Source: Oscillibacter sp.
GTDB taxonomy: Bacteria > Bacillota > Clostridia > Oscillospirales > Oscillospiraceae
Direction of reading: 5' to 3'
DNA: 64,000 nucleotides
NCBI GenBank assembly: GCA_017446225.1
Contig: JAFSRH010000036.1
Location: 9,826-73,825, forward strand
The notes under the pieces were generated by a model. It saw only the letters and a list, made by a program, of their open reading frames with translations, was not told where the DNA came from and did no database searches. Positions 17,996-25,876 of this stretch are shown here, one piece after another. The translations under genes and the position numbers were made by a program. Position 1 is the first letter of the stretch, and every line of letters begins with the position of its first letter.

Positions 17996-19354
17996 TTACC
18001 CGTCCTCCCGGCGCTTCTCAATCGTGGCAAACATGGTGTACTGAGGCATCCAGCGCAGTTCCACCGTACCCGTTTCGCCGTGACGGTTCTTCGCCACAAT
18101 GCACTCGGCGATATTGTGCTTTTCGGAATCCTCGTTGTAATAGTCGTCCCGATACAGGAACATGACAATGTCCGCGTCCTGTTCAATCGCGCCCGATTCG
18201 CGCAAATCCGACAACTGCGGACGTTTGTCGTCCCGCTTTTCGTTCGCGCGGCTGAGCTGACTTAAACAAATCACCGGTACGTCCAGTTCTTTCGCCATAA
18301 TTTTCAGCATTCGCGACATATCCGATACGACCTGTTGCCGGTTCTCGTTGGCGCGGGAACGGTTCCCGCTCGAACTCATCAGTTGCAGGTAGTCTATCAC
18401 GACCAGTCCCAGATTATCAAGCCGCCGGCACTTGGCATTCATGTCGGCCACGCTCAAAAGCGGGTCATCGTCCAGCAGGATGTCCATATGACTGAGCGTG
18501 ACCACGGCGGCGGCGATTTTCTCCCAGTCGGTTTCGTTCAGCTCCCCGGTTTTGAGGCGGTAATTGTCGACAAGGGACTCTACCGACAGAATCCGGGACG
18601 CCAACTGCTCTTTAGACATTTCCAGCGAAAAGATAGCCACCGTCTTTTCGGAACTTCGCGCCACGTTTAAGGCCACGTTCAGGGCCATGGACGTTTTCCC
18701 CATGCCCGGACGCGCCGCCAGTAAAATCAGGTCCGAACGGTTCAGGCCCATAATTTTACGGTCAATGGCGGAAAGACCGGTCGAAAGGCCCGGAAGATGG
18801 TTTTCGTTTTCGCTCATCTCCCCCAGACGGTCCAGCACATCGGGAAGGACCTGTTTCAGGGGCACCAGACCTTTCGCGCCCTGTCCTTTCCGGATGGAGT
18901 AAATTTTCTGCTCACTGGCTTCCAGAATGGCGCGGGCGTCCCCGGCGCCGTCCTGTACCAGCGCGGCGATTTCCGCCGCCGCCTCTCCCACGGCGCGCAA
19001 CAAGGCCTTGTCCGCCACAATTCCGGCGTACTCCATGACATTCGCGCTGGTGGGCGTAATCTCCATGAGCTGGGCCAGATAGGGCCGGGTCGTGGTTTCG
19101 TCATAGGTCCCGTTCCGGCGCATTTCGTCCGCCACGGTAATGCCGTCAATGGGGCGGGAGTAGGAAAACATGGTGTAAATGGTCTCGAAAATTTCCCGGT
19201 TCTGCTTCAGGTAGAAGTCGGCCGGACGCAGTTTTTCCATGACCAGTTTCACACAGTCCGCGTCAATGAGCATGGAGCCGAGCACGGCCTGTTCGGCCTC
19301 CACGGAGTGGGGAGCCTGCCGGAGAAGCAAATCTTCATTTGCCGTGGAAATCAC
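17996..19354 (-). CDS. dnaB: Replicative DNA helicase DnaB
   Basis: PHSVEAEQAVLGSML N-terminus, Walker A ARPGMGKTSMAL, and VVIDYLQLM. Exact start uncertain (GTG abutting GGAGG). Confidence 0.95.
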   Translation of the reverse strand: MISTANEDLLLRQAPHSVEAEQAVLGSMLIDADCVKLVMEKLRPADFYLKQNREIFETIYTMFSYSRPIDGITVADEMRRNGTYDETTTRPYLAQLMEITPTSANVMEYAGIVADKALLRAVGEAAAEIAALVQDGAGDARAILEASEQKIYSIRKGQGAKGLVPLKQVLPDVLDRLGEMSENENHLPGLSTGLSAIDRKIMGLNRSDLILLAARPGMGKTSMALNVALNVARSSEKTVAIFSLEMSKEQLASRILSVESLVDNYRLKTGELNETDWEKIAAAVVTLSHMDILLDDDPLLSVADMNAKCRRLDNLGLVVIDYLQLMSSSGNRSRANENRQQVVSDMSRMLKIMAKELDVPVICLSQLSRANEKRDDKRPQLSDLRESGAIEQDADIVMFLYRDDYYNEDSEKHNIAECIVAKNRHGETGTVELRWMPQYTMFATIEKRREDG

Positions 19355-19375
19355 CTCCGGTTCTTTGCGCGGAAC

Positions 19376-19825
19376 TCACTTCTGTTCGTACACCGCCACA
19401 TAGACCGTACCGTTGATTTCATAGCCGAGTTTGGCCCTGACCTCATAGTTTCCGAACGCCTTGATGGGGTCCTGCAAGACCAGCTTCTGACGCGGAATCT
19501 CCACGCCGTACTGCTCTTTCAGGGCGTCCGAGATTTCCTGCGTGGTGATGGAGCCGAACAGTTTGCCGTTACTCCCCGCCCGGGCGGTCATGCGTACCTG
19601 ACAGCCCTTGAGTTTTTCGGCGGTGGCCTCCGCTTCGGCCTTTAAACGGGCGTCCTCGGCCTTTTTGGCCTTTTCCCGCATTTTCATGGTGTTGATGGCG
19701 TCCGCGGTCGCGGGGAGCGCGAGTTTCCGCGGGAGCAGATAGTTCCGGGCATAGCCTTCGGCGACTTCGACCATCTGTCCCTTTTTGCCCTTGCCGTGTA
19801 CGTCCTGTTGCAAAATGACTTTCAT
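19376..19825 (-). CDS. rplI: 50S ribosomal protein L9
   Basis: [36 protein letters not shown] is the canonical L9 N-terminus. Confidence 0.96.
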   Translation of the reverse strand: MKVILQQDVHGKGKKGQMVEVAEGYARNYLLPRKLALPATADAINTMKMREKAKKAEDARLKAEAEATAEKLKGCQVRMTARAGSNGKLFGSITTQEISDALKEQYGVEIPRQKLVLQDPIKAFGNYEVRAKLGYEINGTVYVAVYEQK

Positions 19826-19862
19826 GGTGATTACTCCTTATGTGTCAAGAATTTTGGAATCG

Positions 19863-21131
19863 TCAGCTTACGTTCCGGGACAGCGCGGACGCCGCCGGAC
19901 GCCGCCGCGAGTCCAGCAGAAACGCGGTCAGAGTATGCGCCTCCTTGGCGAACACCGTGTAAGCGTTGGGGTCGTCAATGGGATAAGAGTCCATATTGAG
20001 AAAGCGTCCGTCCGCGTCATAGGCGGCGATAAACAGTACGCTTCCCTCTTCCGGACTGCCTGAGACGTCCACTGTCACGCGCCCGTTGTTGACGCTGATA
20101 CTCTCGATTGTCACATCCGAAACCGGTTCGGCCTGTCCGTAATGTACGTCAATCATACGCCGCCGGATCTGGTCGCGGAAGTCCACCATACTGACGCTGT
20201 CCCACTGCGTGGCGGTGCCGGTATAGTACACGTCCCGCAGGGCGTTACAGTTTTCAAACGCCGCCCGCTTGATATTGCGCACGCTGTCCGGAATCGTGAC
20301 GCTTTTCAGGCCGCTACAGTTGGAAAATACGCCGCTTTCAATGTCGGTCATACGGTCCGTCAGGGCGATGGACTGCAACGCCGCGCACTTCTCGAAGGCG
20401 TAGGAGCCGATAACGGACACCCGTTCCGGAAGCGTGAACTCCGTCAGCGCGGAACAGCCGGAAAACGTGCGTAGTCCGATAGTGCGCACGGTGTCGGGAA
20501 GCGTGATGGTCCGAAGAGACGTACAGCCCGCAAAAAGAGACGTACGGGTTTCTTCAAGACTGCCCGCGGCGCGGAACTCCGTCAGGCCTGCGCAGTAGGA
20601 AAAGGCGGCCTGTCCAAGCGCGTTGACGCTTTTCGGCAAGGACAGCTTTTCCAACGCCGCGCAGCCCGTAAAGGCCCGGTTGCCGATTTCCTGTAAGCCG
20701 TTGGCAATGACGATATCGGATAACCGCTCACAGTTGGCAAAGGCCGAGTCGCCGATACTGTCCACGCTTTCCGGCACGGTCAGGGCGGTCATGGCGGCGC
20801 AGTCGCTGAAGGCGTAACTGCCAATGCGCGTGACGCCGTACTCGATATTGACTTTCCGGATGTCAAGACGGTATGCTCTCCATGGAACGGTGTTCGCGCT
20901 GGGATAGTCCGTCATGACGCCCTTGCCGCTGATGGTCATCACGCCGTCCACGTCCAGACGCCACGTCATGCCGCTTCCGCAGACGCCGTTGTTGACGGTC
21001 TCCGCGAACAGTTCGGCGCCGTCCGTATCGTTGGCATTGCGGAACGTATCCGGAGTTTGCCACTCCGCGCGGACGGCGGGCGTAAGAAGCGCGAGCAGAA
21101 CCAGCAACAGAAATTTTGTCCGTTTTTTCAC
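19863..21131 (-). CDS. Secreted leucine-rich-repeat protein (BspA-type LRR_5 repeats)
   Basis: Signal peptide (V)KKRTKFLLLVLLALLTPAVRA|EW. About 8 repeats of the pattern IP.SV..IG..AF..C..L..I.. . GTG start at 21131 preferred; the ATG at 21164 would overlap the gdpP 3' end. Confidence 0.8.
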   Translation of the reverse strand: MKKRTKFLLLVLLALLTPAVRAEWQTPDTFRNANDTDGAELFAETVNNGVCGSGMTWRLDVDGVMTISGKGVMTDYPSANTVPWRAYRLDIRKVNIEYGVTRIGSYAFSDCAAMTALTVPESVDSIGDSAFANCERLSDIVIANGLQEIGNRAFTGCAALEKLSLPKSVNALGQAAFSYCAGLTEFRAAGSLEETRTSLFAGCTSLRTITLPDTVRTIGLRTFSGCSALTEFTLPERVSVIGSYAFEKCAALQSIALTDRMTDIESGVFSNCSGLKSVTIPDSVRNIKRAAFENCNALRDVYYTGTATQWDSVSMVDFRDQIRRRMIDVHYGQAEPVSDVTIESISVNNGRVTVDVSGSPEEGSVLFIAAYDADGRFLNMDSYPIDDPNAYTVFAKEAHTLTAFLLDSRRRPAASALSRNVS

Positions 21132-21141
21132 AGTAAAGGCC

Positions 21142-23127
21142 TCATTTCCCGAAATAGGCGTCAATGGATTCCGTCAGGCGTTGGCGGGTATCGTCCACGG
21201 CGGCGCCCGTAATCCGGCACCCGGCGACCGTGGAGTTGCCGCCGCCGCCGAGCGGCTCCAAAATCATCTGCACGTTGACTTCCCCCATGGAACGCGCCGA
21301 AATCAGGACCACGTCCCCGAAGCGGTAGACCACGAAAGAAGCCTGTACGCCCTTTAACGTCAACAGTTCGTCCGCGGCCATGGAGGCGGTCACGCGGTCG
21401 ATTCCGTCCTCGTCCACGGCGGCGATTGCCATGTTGCCGCGGTAGAGTTCGGCCTGCCGGATGATTCCGTAACGGGCCACCATGGCCTGTAGGTCGCTCT
21501 GGAAGAGTTTTTGTACGTCCTCGGTATCGGCCCCGGAACGCCGCAGAAACGCCGCCGCTTCAAAGGTACGTCCGCCGGTACGCTGCGCGAAGTGTTTGGT
21601 GTCCAGCACAATCCCGGCAAGGAGCGCTTCCGCCTCTTCCGTCAGGAGGTCGTCCGGGTTGACCATGTACTGCAACAGTTCCGTGACGAGTTCGGAGGCC
21701 GAAGAGGCGTACGGCTCGTGAAAACTAAACGCGGGATTCTCAATGTAGACAGCGGCGCGGCGGTGGTGGTCAATGACCGCCACGCGGTTGCACGCTTCCA
21801 GAATGTCCGGGCTTTCCACCATGTCGGGGCGGTTGGTGTCCACGACCACCAACAGCGTACCCGGACGCATTCGCAGAAACGCCTCGTTCGGGTCCAGAAA
21901 CACGCCCTCGTACTCCGGAAGCGGCCGAAGTTTGTCAATCAGGCTCCGTGCGGTGGTCTGCTCGGCGTTGATGACGACGTGAGGTTTCTTTCCGCGTTTG
22001 CGCGCCGCACAGCACACCCCCGCCGCCGCGCCGACCGCGTCCATGTCGGAGTAGGTATGCCCCATGACGTAGACCTCTTTGGCATCGGACATCATCTCGC
22101 TTAACGCCGTGGCCATCACGCGGGACTTTACTTTCGTCCGTTTTTCCGGACTTTTGGAGCGTCCGCCGTAGAAATCGAAGTCGACTTTGTTCCGTACGAC
22201 CGCCTGATCCCCGCCCCGGCTGAGCGCCATTTCCAAGGATACGTTCGCGCTCTTGTAAAGTTCGGCGATATTCTCCGCGCCCACGCCCACGCCAATGGAA
22301 AGCGTGGCGCTGATACTGTCGCCGGCCTTGACTTCGTGAATGCTGTCCAGAATCGAAAACTTCTCTTCAATCAGGCGTTCGTACCACGCTTCCTCGAAGA
22401 TGTACAGGTAACGGTCACGCTGTGTCCGGAGCAACAGCCCGCCGGACGCCCAGCGGTTCAGCCGCTCCTCAAACTGGGCCAGAAGCGCGCTCCTTTGCGC
22501 TTCCGGACAGGCTTTCATCAGGTCCTCGTAGTTGTCGAGCACGATAATTCCGACTACCGGACGGTTGTCCTCGTAGAGTTTCTGTAGCGCGTCCGCGTCC
22601 GTGGTGTCGATCCAGTACGTGGTGGCAATCAGGTTCTGCTCGCTCTTGCCCCGCGCCCGGATCAGGCTCCCCAAGACACGGAAACGGCGTCCGTTGAGTT
22701 CCACGCGTTCGGGGCATTCCCGTTTCCCTTCCAAGAGCCACTGCACCTGAAATCCCGGCGCGGCTTCCCGGATGAGGGTCTCAAAGAGGCCTTCCCGGAT
22801 ACCGGTCAGCTGAAGGAAGCTCTCATTGCTCCATATGATTTCCCCCGTGTCGGGACGGAGGATCATAGTGGGAAGCGGGGAGTTAATCAGGGAGGACTTC
22901 CCGGCGGTGTCCACACTGCCGGTCAGACTGCCGATGTACTGCAACATCCGGACGCGGCGTTGCTTGTTGCCGCGCTGAAAGAAGTAATAGAGGGCCGCCG
23001 ATACCAGCAGTTCCACCGCCGCCAGCGCCGGACTGACCGCCAGCGCCGCCAGTGAGAAGAGCAGAAGGAACAGAAAGTACAGCCTCATATTCGGTTCCAA
23101 GAGCCGGGATAACGGATTCTGTTTCAT
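21142..23127 (-). CDS. gdpP: Cyclic-di-AMP phosphodiesterase GdpP (2 TM, PAS-like, degenerate GGDEF, DHH/DHHA1)
   Basis: Domain order and motifs SDMDAVGAA, VIDHHRR (DHH) and GIVLDTKHF. The DHHA1 glycine motif reads GGGGN. Start trimmed to MKQNPLSRLLEP. Position upstream of rplI-dnaB matches B. subtilis yybT. Confidence 0.9.
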   Translation of the reverse strand: MKQNPLSRLLEPNMRLYFLFLLLFSLAALAVSPALAAVELLVSAALYYFFQRGNKQRRVRMLQYIGSLTGSVDTAGKSSLINSPLPTMILRPDTGEIIWSNESFLQLTGIREGLFETLIREAAPGFQVQWLLEGKRECPERVELNGRRFRVLGSLIRARGKSEQNLIATTYWIDTTDADALQKLYEDNRPVVGIIVLDNYEDLMKACPEAQRSALLAQFEERLNRWASGGLLLRTQRDRYLYIFEEAWYERLIEEKFSILDSIHEVKAGDSISATLSIGVGVGAENIAELYKSANVSLEMALSRGGDQAVVRNKVDFDFYGGRSKSPEKRTKVKSRVMATALSEMMSDAKEVYVMGHTYSDMDAVGAAAGVCCAARKRGKKPHVVINAEQTTARSLIDKLRPLPEYEGVFLDPNEAFLRMRPGTLLVVVDTNRPDMVESPDILEACNRVAVIDHHRRAAVYIENPAFSFHEPYASSASELVTELLQYMVNPDDLLTEEAEALLAGIVLDTKHFAQRTGGRTFEAAAFLRRSGADTEDVQKLFQSDLQAMVARYGIIRQAELYRGNMAIAAVDEDGIDRVTASMAADELLTLKGVQASFVVYRFGDVVLISARSMGEVNVQMILEPLGGGGNSTVAGCRITGAAVDDTRQRLTESIDAYFGK

Positions 23128-23170
23128 GACGGGTCTCCATTCTAATGATGGTCTCGCGGAGGATTCGTCC

Positions 23171-23199
23171 AGTATACCATTTTCTCCGCGCGTTCGCAA
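23171..23199 (-). promoter_or_regulatory. Sigma-A-type promoter for gdpP (head of the gdpP...ftsH run)
   Basis: Minus strand reads TTGCGA-17 nt-TGgTATACT. Confidence 0.6.
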
Positions 23200-23250
23200 C
23201 CGTTTTTTCAGGGACCGGCGCGGCGTTTCGTAAAATATGGAACAAAACGC

Positions 23251-23279
23251 TTGACAAGCGCGAACAGACGTGTTAGACT
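23251..23279 (+). promoter_or_regulatory. Sigma-A-type promoter for rpsB-tsf
   Basis: TTGACA (23251..23256)-17 nt-TAGACT (23274..23279). Leaves a leader of about 100 nt. Confidence 0.6.
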
Positions 23280-23389
23280 TTTTAAGTTATCCCACACGGC
23301 GGCCGACTTCCGGTCCGTGCGCAACCGTCAGCCGGGAGGCTGAAGCCGCCGGAGGCGCAACGAAATCATGACAGGAGGAATCACACAAC

Positions 23390-24136
23390 ATGGCAAATTC
23401 CAGCATTGTTTCTATGAAGTCTCTGCTTGAAGCGGGCGTGCACTTCGGCCACCAGACCCGCCGCTGGAACCCTAAAATGGCCCCGTATATCTACACGGAG
23501 CGCAACGGCATTTATATTGTCGACCTGCAAAAGACCGTCCGCAAACTGGAGGAGGCTTACGCGTTCGTACGCGAACTGTCGGAAAGCGGCCAGTCCCTGT
23601 TGTTCGTGGGCACCAAGAAACAGGCGCAGGACGCCATCCGGGAAGAGGCCATCCGCTGCGGGCAGTATTACGTCAACGCCCGCTGGCTCGGCGGCATGAT
23701 GACCAACTTCAAGACCATGCGCACCCGTGTGGACCGCCTCAACCAGTTGAAGCGTATGCAGGAGGACGGCACGTTTGATATGCTTCCCAAGAAGGAAGTC
23801 ATGAAACATCTGGGCGAGATTGCCAAACTGGAAAAGTATCTGGGCGGCGTCAAGGAGATGAAGACCCTTCCGGGCGCGCTGTTCATTGTCGACACGCGCA
23901 AGGAACGTAACGCCATTGCCGAGGCGCACAAACTCCATATTCCCGTGGTGGCCATTGCCGACACGAACTGTGACCCCGATGAAATCGACTATGTCATCCC
24001 CGGCAATGACGATGCCATCCGCGCCATTAAGCTGATTTCCTCCATTATGGCCAACGCCATGCTGGAAGGCCGTCAGGGCGAACAGACCGAACAGGCCGAA
24101 CCCGTGGCGGAAGAAGCGGAAAGCGCGGAAGCGTAA
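23390..24136 (+). CDS. rpsB: 30S ribosomal protein S2
   Basis: [22 protein letters not shown] signature. AGGAGGA RBS. Confidence 0.97.
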   Translation: MANSSIVSMKSLLEAGVHFGHQTRRWNPKMAPYIYTERNGIYIVDLQKTVRKLEEAYAFVRELSESGQSLLFVGTKKQAQDAIREEAIRCGQYYVNARWLGGMMTNFKTMRTRVDRLNQLKRMQEDGTFDMLPKKEVMKHLGEIAKLEKYLGGVKEMKTLPGALFIVDTRKERNAIAEAHKLHIPVVAIADTNCDPDEIDYVIPGNDDAIRAIKLISSIMANAMLEGRQGEQTEQAEPVAEEAESAEA

Positions 24137-24162
24137 ATATCGGAGTAAGGAGGAAAACTGTT

Positions 24163-25083
24163 ATGGCATTTACAGCGGCAGACGTAAAGACCCTGCGCGA
24201 GATGACCGGCGTGGGAATGATGGATTGCAAAAAGGCCCTGTCGGCCACGGACGGAGATATGGACAAGGCCGTGGAATGGCTCCGCGAAAAGGGCATGGCC
24301 GCGTCCGCGAAGAAGGCCGGACGCATTGCCGCCGAGGGCATGGCCTACGCGGCCGTGATTGACGGCGTGGGCGTGGTCGTGGAAGTCAACGCGGAAACCG
24401 ATTTCGTGGGCAAGAACGAAAAGTTCGTGGACTTTGTAAAGGGAGTCGCGGCGACCGTGGCGAAGGAGAACCCCGCCGACCTTGACGCGCTCATGAACGC
24501 AAAGTACAACGGAACCGACCTGACCGTCCTTCAACAGCAACAGGAAATGGTGCTTGTCATCGGCGAGAACATCAAGGTACGGCGTTTCGCGCGGTTCGCG
24601 GAAGGCGTGTCCGTGTCGTACGTCCACGCGGGCGGCAAAATCGGCGTGCTGGTGAATCTGGAAACCAGTCTCCCCGCCGAACAGGTCGTGACGGCCGGGA
24701 AGGATGTCGCCATGCAGATTGCGGCCCTCAATCCGCGGTTCTGGACAAAGGAGCAGGTCTCCGAGGACGTGCTGGCGGAAGAGAAGAAAATCATGATGGC
24801 CCAGATGGACAACGACCCCAAAATGGCCAACAAGCCCGTACAGGTCAAGGAAAAAATCGTGCTCGGCAAGCTCAACAAGTTCTACGCCGAAAACTGCCTG
24901 TTAGAACAGGAGTTCGTCAAGGACAACAGCACGACCGTTGGGGCGTACCTCAACGCCGCCGCAAAGGCGCTCGGCGGGACCATTGTCTTTAAAGACGCGG
25001 TCCGCTTTGAAAAGGGCGAAGGTATCGAGAAGAAAGAAGAGAACTTCGCGGCCGAAATCGCCTCTCTGGTCAAAGGCTCTTGA
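24163..25083 (+). CDS. tsf: Elongation factor Ts
   Basis: ADVKTLREMTGVGMMDCKKAL UBA-like N-terminus. Follows rpsB. Confidence 0.97.
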   Translation: MAFTAADVKTLREMTGVGMMDCKKALSATDGDMDKAVEWLREKGMAASAKKAGRIAAEGMAYAAVIDGVGVVVEVNAETDFVGKNEKFVDFVKGVAATVAKENPADLDALMNAKYNGTDLTVLQQQQEMVLVIGENIKVRRFARFAEGVSVSYVHAGGKIGVLVNLETSLPAEQVVTAGKDVAMQIAALNPRFWTKEQVSEDVLAEEKKIMMAQMDNDPKMANKPVQVKEKIVLGKLNKFYAENCLLEQEFVKDNSTTVGAYLNAAAKALGGTIVFKDAVRFEKGEGIEKKEENFAAEIASLVKGS

Positions 25084-25099
25084 CAGCGTATCCTATCAC

Positions 25100-25133
25100 C
25101 GGTTCCGGCCGTCACAGGCCGGGACCGCTTTTT
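25100..25133. terminator. Intrinsic terminator after tsf, shared with the convergent hypothetical gene
   Basis: CGGTTCCGGCC-GTCACA-GGCCGGGACCG (11 bp including one G-U pair) followed by CTTTTTG. Confidence 0.7.
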
Positions 25134-25134
25134 G

Positions 25135-25779
25135 TTACCCCACAAGGCTTCGTTCCAGTATCCGCGACACGGCCTCCGCGCACTCGAACGCGTCCGCGCT
25201 CAACTCCCGGAACAGCGCGCCCAGACACGGGTCCGGCGTTCCGTCCGCCGCGCGCTCGTAGTTCATGGCCGTGCACGCCGCGTTGTGGTAGCGTTCCCGC
25301 AGGGCCGGGCACCATTTCCCCGTGTAAATCCGCTCCGTACGGACGGCCGGGAGATACGTTTCCCCCGTAATCAGGTAATACGCGGCAATCAGGCGTCTGG
25401 CGCGTCCGGCGGCGCGCGCCGAGAGGCTCAGTACGGTTTGACGCGCCCATACCGGGGCCTGTCGGGCCAGAACCTGTAACTGCCGGCGTTCCGACTGCTC
25501 ATCTTCCACAAAGCCCGCGACTACCGCCAAATCCGTTTCGGCCTCCGTGCCCATACAGCACGGGTCCGGCTCCGCCCCCGGCAGACTTACCGCGTCCGGC
25601 TCCACAGGCCCAAGACTTACCGTTTCCGGGGCACTTACCGCGTGCGGCGTCCGTACCGCGTCCGAGGCCAGCGTTACGCCGTCCGCTTTCGCGCCGTCCC
25701 GCAACGCCTTTCCCACGGCGTCCGCGCCCGGCCACGGGTTGAGGGTCGGCGCCACCCTCTGCCATACTCCCTTTTCCAT
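25135..25779 (-). CDS. Hypothetical protein (C-terminal half resembles ferritin-like/rubrerythrin-like helical proteins of Clostridia; weak assignment)
   Basis: ORF 25135..25860 trimmed to MEKGVWQ, preceded by GGAGGG. Codon usage is consistent with its neighbours. Has its own terminator-separated position after the giant SLH gene. Confidence 0.55.
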   Translation of the reverse strand: MEKGVWQRVAPTLNPWPGADAVGKALRDGAKADGVTLASDAVRTPHAVSAPETVSLGPVEPDAVSLPGAEPDPCCMGTEAETDLAVVAGFVEDEQSERRQLQVLARQAPVWARQTVLSLSARAAGRARRLIAAYYLITGETYLPAVRTERIYTGKWCPALRERYHNAACTAMNYERAADGTPDPCLGALFRELSADAFECAEAVSRILERSLVG

Positions 25780-25844
25780 AACGTTCCCTCCTCTGTTCGT
25801 TCCGTACAGTCTATTCCGGAAACGTCCCGCGCGTGCCGGACGCG

Positions 25845-25870
25845 AAAAACTCCCCCGCAACGCGGGGGAG
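25845..25870 (-). terminator. Intrinsic terminator after the 1130-aa SLH protein gene
   Basis: Minus strand reads CTCCCCCGC-GTT-GCGGGGGAG followed by TTTTT. Confidence 0.8.
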
Positions 25871-25876
25871 CGCGGT

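Noticed and set aside
19826-21164. Mobile element or prophage remnant responsible for the LRR insertion
   Set aside because: There is no integrase, transposase, inverted or direct flanking repeats, or obvious compositional break. It is recorded only as a synteny interruption.
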